This document shows positions 59,683-64,000 of a stretch of DNA of 64,000 bases, one piece after another; within the stretch, counting starts at the first letter, position 1; each line of letters starts with the position of its first letter. A program made the position numbers and the translations under genes. Source of the stretch: an uncultured Spirochaetota bacterium (GTDB taxonomy: Bacteria; Spirochaetota; Spirochaetia; SZUA-6; Fen-1364); contig CAWJSK010000015.1 in the NCBI GenBank assembly GCA_963845535.1, positions 96,001-160,000 on the forward strand, given 5' to 3'. The notes beneath the pieces are model-generated. The model did not search any database and was not told the origin of the DNA. It saw only the letters and a program-made list of their open reading frames with translations.

Positions 59683-60309
59683 ATGATATCATCGACCAGA
59701 GAGCAAGCAGTGACTGGAAAAATCCGCGTGCCCAGGCAGTCACGGGCCATCCAGACCCGACAACAAATAATCGAGACGGCTATCGGCCTGTTCTCCCGAA
59801 AGGGATATTTCCAGACCAGCTCGAACGAGATATCGAAGGAGGCCGGAGCCGCTATCGGGAGCTTCTATGCCTATTTCAAGGACAAAAAGCAGGTCTTTCT
59901 CGCCGCCCTAGAACACTATTCCGATAAGGTCAACGCCTTGATTGACTCCGCCCTCATTCCACCGGATCTCCCCATGGAACAGGGAATGCAGCGCTTTCTG
60001 CAGAGTCTTCTTGATGCACACCGGATTTATCCGGACTTCCACCAGGAGGTGGAGGCCATGGCCATCTTTGACCCCGACGTGCGGGAAGTCATCCATGAGC
60101 AGGAAAAGATCGAGCTGAGGCGCACCCATGCGCTGCTTTTGTCATGGAAAGAAAGCTTGGGCGTCAAGGACCTCGAGCTGGCCGCGCTTGTCATCTACAA
60201 CCTTGTGCACGAAAACATCCACTTCATTGCCTTTCGCGAGCCGCGCCGCGACCCGAAGCCGATAATCACAGAGTTGGTGGTCATGATCCACAGGTATCTA
60301 TTTCGGTAA
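59683..60309 (+). CDS. TetR/AcrR family regulator
   Basis: PRQSRAIQTRQQII...GSFYAYFKDK; start uncertain (59683 or 59710). Confidence 0.92.
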   Translation: MISSTREQAVTGKIRVPRQSRAIQTRQQIIETAIGLFSRKGYFQTSSNEISKEAGAAIGSFYAYFKDKKQVFLAALEHYSDKVNALIDSALIPPDLPMEQGMQRFLQSLLDAHRIYPDFHQEVEAMAIFDPDVREVIHEQEKIELRRTHALLLSWKESLGVKDLELAALVIYNLVHENIHFIAFREPRRDPKPIITELVVMIHRYLFR

Positions 60310-60339
60310 CCTGAACGCCGCGGCATCTCCGGACAGTGT

Positions 60340-61459
60340 TCAAAGCAGGGTCTCCACCTTTTCCGCAATCCCCAGGCACGAGGTCAGCCCTGGGGATTCC
60401 ATTCCGATCAGGTTTATCAGGCCAGGCAAGCCGCGCTCGGTCTCCTCCCTGATCACAAAGTCTCGAAACGGCTCCCCTCGAAGGTACAGCTTCGGCCGGA
60501 TCCCCGACATGTCGGGAGAAAGATCATCGTAGGAGAGGAAGGGAAGAAAACGGCTGGCCTTTTCAAAGAACTCGCGCTGGTGGCGGGCATCCACTGTGTA
60601 GTCGATTCGATCAACGTAGTTCGAGTCAGGACCGATCTTCAGGCCGCCGTCCAGCCCTATGACGACGTGCGCGCCCAGGTGCACCGGGGATGGCGTGGGG
60701 TACACGAGCCGGCGAATCCTTCCCCGGTGCCTGTCAGCTACCTTGAAATACTCCCCCTTGCACGGATAGATGCGATAACCGGCGCTCTCGACATCGATGC
60801 CGGCCATCCGCGCCACGCTGTCCGCGCTGAGCCCGGCTCGAGTTGATCACGGCGGCGGCAGAAAGGACGATCTCTTCTCCATCGGACTGCCGGATGCGCA
60901 CGGAGTACCGCGAAGCCTCCCGTTGGATGCCTGTCACCTCGCATCCGTATGCCACTGTTGCGCCTTTGGAGACTGCGGAGCGCTCCAGGTACTCCATCAG
61001 GGAATGGCTGCTCACGATGCCGCTTTCCGGGCTGTAAAGGCCGAGGCAACCACGCGCGTCAGGCTCCTGTTCGGTGATCTCTCGGGTCGTGATGAGCCGA
61101 AGGCCCGGCACGCCGTTTTTCCCGCCTTGCAGGAGGATCTGGTGGAGCTGCGCGGACTCCTCCTCATTGGTTGCCACGACGATCTTGCCCGTCTTGCGGT
61201 GCGGGATACCGGCGCGGGCGCACAGCTCGTAGAGCATGGGGTTGCCGCGGATGCAGAGCGTGGTCTTCAGGAGGTCCTCCGGGTAGTACATGCCGCAATG
61301 GATGACCTCGCTGTTGCGGGAGGATGTCTCCCGGCCGAAACTGTCATGGCGCTCGCAGACCACGAGGTCCTTCCCGGGACCCGCAAGGCGTTCCGCTATG
61401 GCCAGCCCGATCACCCCCGCGCCGATGATGCAAACGTCAACGGGCTCCGTGATGCTCAT
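60340..61459 (-). pseudogene. FAD-dependent oxidoreductase (L-2-hydroxyglutarate oxidase/LhgO family); frameshift near 60835
   Basis: IIGAGVIG; TSSRNSEVIH; removing one base restores VINSAGLSAD, then KGEYF, SGIRPK, ESPGLT. Confidence 0.88.
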
Positions 61460-61512
61460 GAGGATATAGTGTACTATTCCGCCAGCTCGTGAGAACCAGG
61501 AGGAAGGCCGTC

Positions 61513-62544
61513 GTGAAGGCTCTGACCCTGCAGGAATACGGCAAGCTTGTTTTCGGAGACGCACCGGACCCGCGGGCGCAGGACAACGAGGTCATTGTCC
61601 AGGTCAAGGCGTGCGGCATTTGCGGAAGCGACGTTCACGGAATGGACGGCTCCACCGGGCGTCGGATCCCTCCCGTCATCATGGGCCACGAGGCAGCCGG
61701 CGTGATAACGGAGGTTGGCGCGCGCGTCTCGGGGTGGCGGGCCGGAGATCGCGTGACCTTCGACTCCACCATCTCCTGCGGCGAGTGCTGGCGCTGCCGC
61801 CGGGGAGAGATCAACCTGTGCGAGCGCCGCCGGGTGCTCGGCGTCTCCTGCGGCGAATATCGTCGAAACGGGGCGTTCGCCGAGCTGGTGGCCGTGCCGC
61901 AGCACATCCTGTATCGAATCCCGCCGGAGGTGGAACATCACCAGGCCGCCATGACGGAACCGCTCTCCGTTGCGTTCCACGCCGTCCGCCTGGCCCGGCC
62001 CGAGGTCGGAGAATCCGCCGTGGTGGTCGGCGCCGGGATGATCGGCCTCCTCCTCATCCAGGTGCTCCGCGCTTCCGGGTGCACCACCGTGATCGCAATG
62101 GACATCGATGAGAACAAGCTGCGCCGCGCGCGCGACCTGGGCGCGGACCTCTGCCTGGACTCACGGTCCGAGGAATCCATCGCGCGGGTCCTGGAGCGCA
62201 CGGAAGGCCGCGGCGCCGACATTGCCTTCGAGGCCGTGGGAATCACAGCGGCAGTCGCCGCGGCACTGGACGCCGTGCGCATGGGCGGGCGGCTGGTCCT
62301 TGTCGGGAACCTCTCCCCGAAGATCGAGCTTGCCCTGCAGTCGGTGGTGACGCGCCAAGTGTCCCTTCTGGGCTCCTGCGCGTCCCAAGGAGAATACCCG
62401 GCGTGCCTCGATCTGATTGCGCGGGGGCGCGTGAATCTGCAGTCGTTCATCAGCGCGCGCGCCCCTCTCTCGGAAGGCGCGTCGTGGTTCGAAAGGCTCC
62501 ACCGGGAGGAGCCCGGCCTGATGAAAGTCATCCTGGAGCCATGA
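61513..62544 (+). CDS. Zn-dependent sugar-alcohol dehydrogenase (L-iditol/galactitol-1-P DH-like)
   Basis: CGICGSD; GHE; CGECWRC...C; GAGMIG. Confidence 0.93.
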   Translation: MKALTLQEYGKLVFGDAPDPRAQDNEVIVQVKACGICGSDVHGMDGSTGRRIPPVIMGHEAAGVITEVGARVSGWRAGDRVTFDSTISCGECWRCRRGEINLCERRRVLGVSCGEYRRNGAFAELVAVPQHILYRIPPEVEHHQAAMTEPLSVAFHAVRLARPEVGESAVVVGAGMIGLLLIQVLRASGCTTVIAMDIDENKLRRARDLGADLCLDSRSEESIARVLERTEGRGADIAFEAVGITAAVAAALDAVRMGGRLVLVGNLSPKIELALQSVVTRQVSLLGSCASQGEYPACLDLIARGRVNLQSFISARAPLSEGASWFERLHREEPGLMKVILEP

Positions 62545-63785
62545 TCCGGCCGCTCGTTGCAATCCGAGACGGGGTGGCCGCGGACCTTGCATCCTGGTGC
62601 AAGGAGACCGGGCATCGGCGCGTTCTTATCGTGGAGGACGAGACGACCTTCGGCGTCCTGGGTCGGGCAGTGGAGGAATCCCTTCATCACACCGGTCTCC
62701 TGCCGCGGTCCGTTGTGCTTGCCGGTCCCGAGGTTGCGGCGGATGCGCATTCCATCCTCCAGGTGCTGCTTTCCGTGGACCGCCAGGACCAGGCTCTCAT
62801 TGCCGTTGGCTCCGGCACCCTGACGGACATCACGAGATTCGTGAGCCACCGGATCGGGCTTCCTTTCGTCGCCATGCCCACCGCCCCCTCGGTGGACGGC
62901 TTCACGTCCTCCGGCTCGCCGCTCATCGTGCGAGGGATCAAGACGACTGCGCTCGCCCAGCCTCCCGCCGCGATTTTCGCGGACCTCGCCGTGCTGCAAG
63001 CAGCGCCGCGGACCATGATTGCCTCGGGGTTCGGGGACATGCTCGGCAAGCGCACGTCGGTTGCAGACTGGAGGCTTGCACACATTCTCTGGGACGTGCC
63101 TTTCGACGAGAAGATAGCCGGGCGATGTCTGGCCGCGGTCCGGAGCTGCGAAGAGGCTGCGGGGGAAATCTCGCGCTCATCCCGGGAAGGGGTGAGCCGC
63201 CTTCTGGAGGCGCTCATAGAGTCGGGGTTCTGCATGCTGGACTTCGGCAGCTCGCTTCCGGCCTCGGGGGCGGAGCACCATTTTTCGCATTTCTGGGAGA
63301 TGAAGCTCCTCAGGGAAGGGAAGCCGGCAATCCTGCACGGCGCCAAGGTGGGCGTTGCCACTATCCTGACGGCCGCGCTTTACCGGCGCGTCGGACAATT
63401 GACCAGAAGCGAGGCGGCTCGGCTCCTGAAAGAATACCGGCTCCCGTCCGCCAATGCAGAGATGGAGCGTATCCGCCTGGCGTTCGGATCAGCGGCTGAT
63501 GAGGTGGCAAAGACGCAGGCCGCCTTCATCGCGATGACGGGGGAGGCGTGGGAGCGCCTGAGGCAGAAAATCGTGGAGCGTTGGAGGGAGATCCAGGACA
63601 TTGCGAATGAGGTGCCGGCTCCTGACGAGATTGCGAAGCTCCTCCGCCAGGCGGGAGGTCCTACGAACATGCGCGGGCTGGGTCTCCCTGATTCATGGGC
63701 GGAGCAGGCAGCTGACGCCGCGCATTATCTTCGCAACCATTTCACCATCTCGAAGCTTGCCCGGCTTTTGTTACCGGGAAGTTAG
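62541..63785 (+). CDS. sn-glycerol-1-phosphate dehydrogenase (AraM/EgsA type)
   Basis: VGSGTLTDITR; TAPSVDG; SGFGDMLGK; ASGAEHHFSH; LHGAKVG. Confidence 0.9.
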   Translation: MIRPLVAIRDGVAADLASWCKETGHRRVLIVEDETTFGVLGRAVEESLHHTGLLPRSVVLAGPEVAADAHSILQVLLSVDRQDQALIAVGSGTLTDITRFVSHRIGLPFVAMPTAPSVDGFTSSGSPLIVRGIKTTALAQPPAAIFADLAVLQAAPRTMIASGFGDMLGKRTSVADWRLAHILWDVPFDEKIAGRCLAAVRSCEEAAGEISRSSREGVSRLLEALIESGFCMLDFGSSLPASGAEHHFSHFWEMKLLREGKPAILHGAKVGVATILTAALYRRVGQLTRSEAARLLKEYRLPSANAEMERIRLAFGSAADEVAKTQAAFIAMTGEAWERLRQKIVERWREIQDIANEVPAPDEIAKLLRQAGGPTNMRGLGLPDSWAEQAADAAHYLRNHFTISKLARLLLPGS

Positions 63786-63853
63786 CGGCGGAGAACCGAG
63801 GGGGAGGTTTTGAGAGCCGGGAGTGGTATCTTTCCTGGTGAGGAGGCGCAACC

Positions 63854-64000
63854 ATGATCTACGGCGCACACGCGCTTGTGTTTTCCCGGGCGCCTGGGGA
63901 AGCGAAAGCCTTGCTGGAGAAAATCCTTGCCTCGAACAAAGTCGACGCAGGAGGGGGCTGGACGATTTTTGCGCTTCCACCCGCCGAGGTAGGCGTCCAT
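63854..64000 (+). CDS. VOC/glyoxalase (extradiol dioxygenase-like) protein, truncated by the window end; not in the supplied ORF track
   Basis: GAGGAGG RBS; MIYGAHALVFS...DAGGGWTIFALPPAEVGVH. Confidence 0.8.
   Translation, partial: MIYGAHALVFSRAPGEAKALLEKILASNKVDAGGGWTIFALPPAEVGVH

Noticed and set aside
49846..63785. UbiA plus G1PDH as archaeal-type ether lipid synthesis
   Set aside because: The genes are about 12 kb apart, no GGGP synthase is visible, and the G1PDH is AraM-type in a sugar context

Overview
GC-rich bacterial chromosomal window with about 60 protein genes and no rRNA, tRNA, CRISPR array, integrase or transposase that I can recognise. The gene styles (OmpA/FlgD-repeat lipoprotein, 'AGGKAE/AGGTKE' solute-binding-protein leaders, Tex C-terminus) suggest a free-living Spirochaetia member; this is inference. 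Contents from left to right: envelope-stress genes (Spy-like protein, four HtrA-family genes, one of them lacking the catalytic Ser), a Crp-linked CoA-disulfide/persulfide reductase-rhodanese operon, two-component genes, two sugar ABC systems with an AraR-like regulator, an MFS/LacI/GH65-beta-PGM fusion locus, hemerythrin-mgsA-KamA, a c-di-GMP region, a MarR/ABC exporter with UbiA, an NYN RNase cassette, tex, and a polyol/sugar catabolism cluster interrupted by an apparently lower-GC islet. The best candidate for an undescribed system is the six-gene minus-strand operon at 36326-42889. It joins a PhcB-like SAM methyltransferase (possible fatty-acid-methyl-ester signal synthase) and a membrane PP2C phosphatase to a SiaB/SiaC-like partner-switch pair, a PAS-GGDEF-EAL enzyme and a PilZ protein. 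Other candidates are an NYN gene preceded by a short terminated leader RNA and a self-contained sRNA unit at about 3200-3283. At least eight single-base frameshifts in otherwise intact genes are most simply sequencing or assembly errors. All family assignments come from motif recognition, not database searches.
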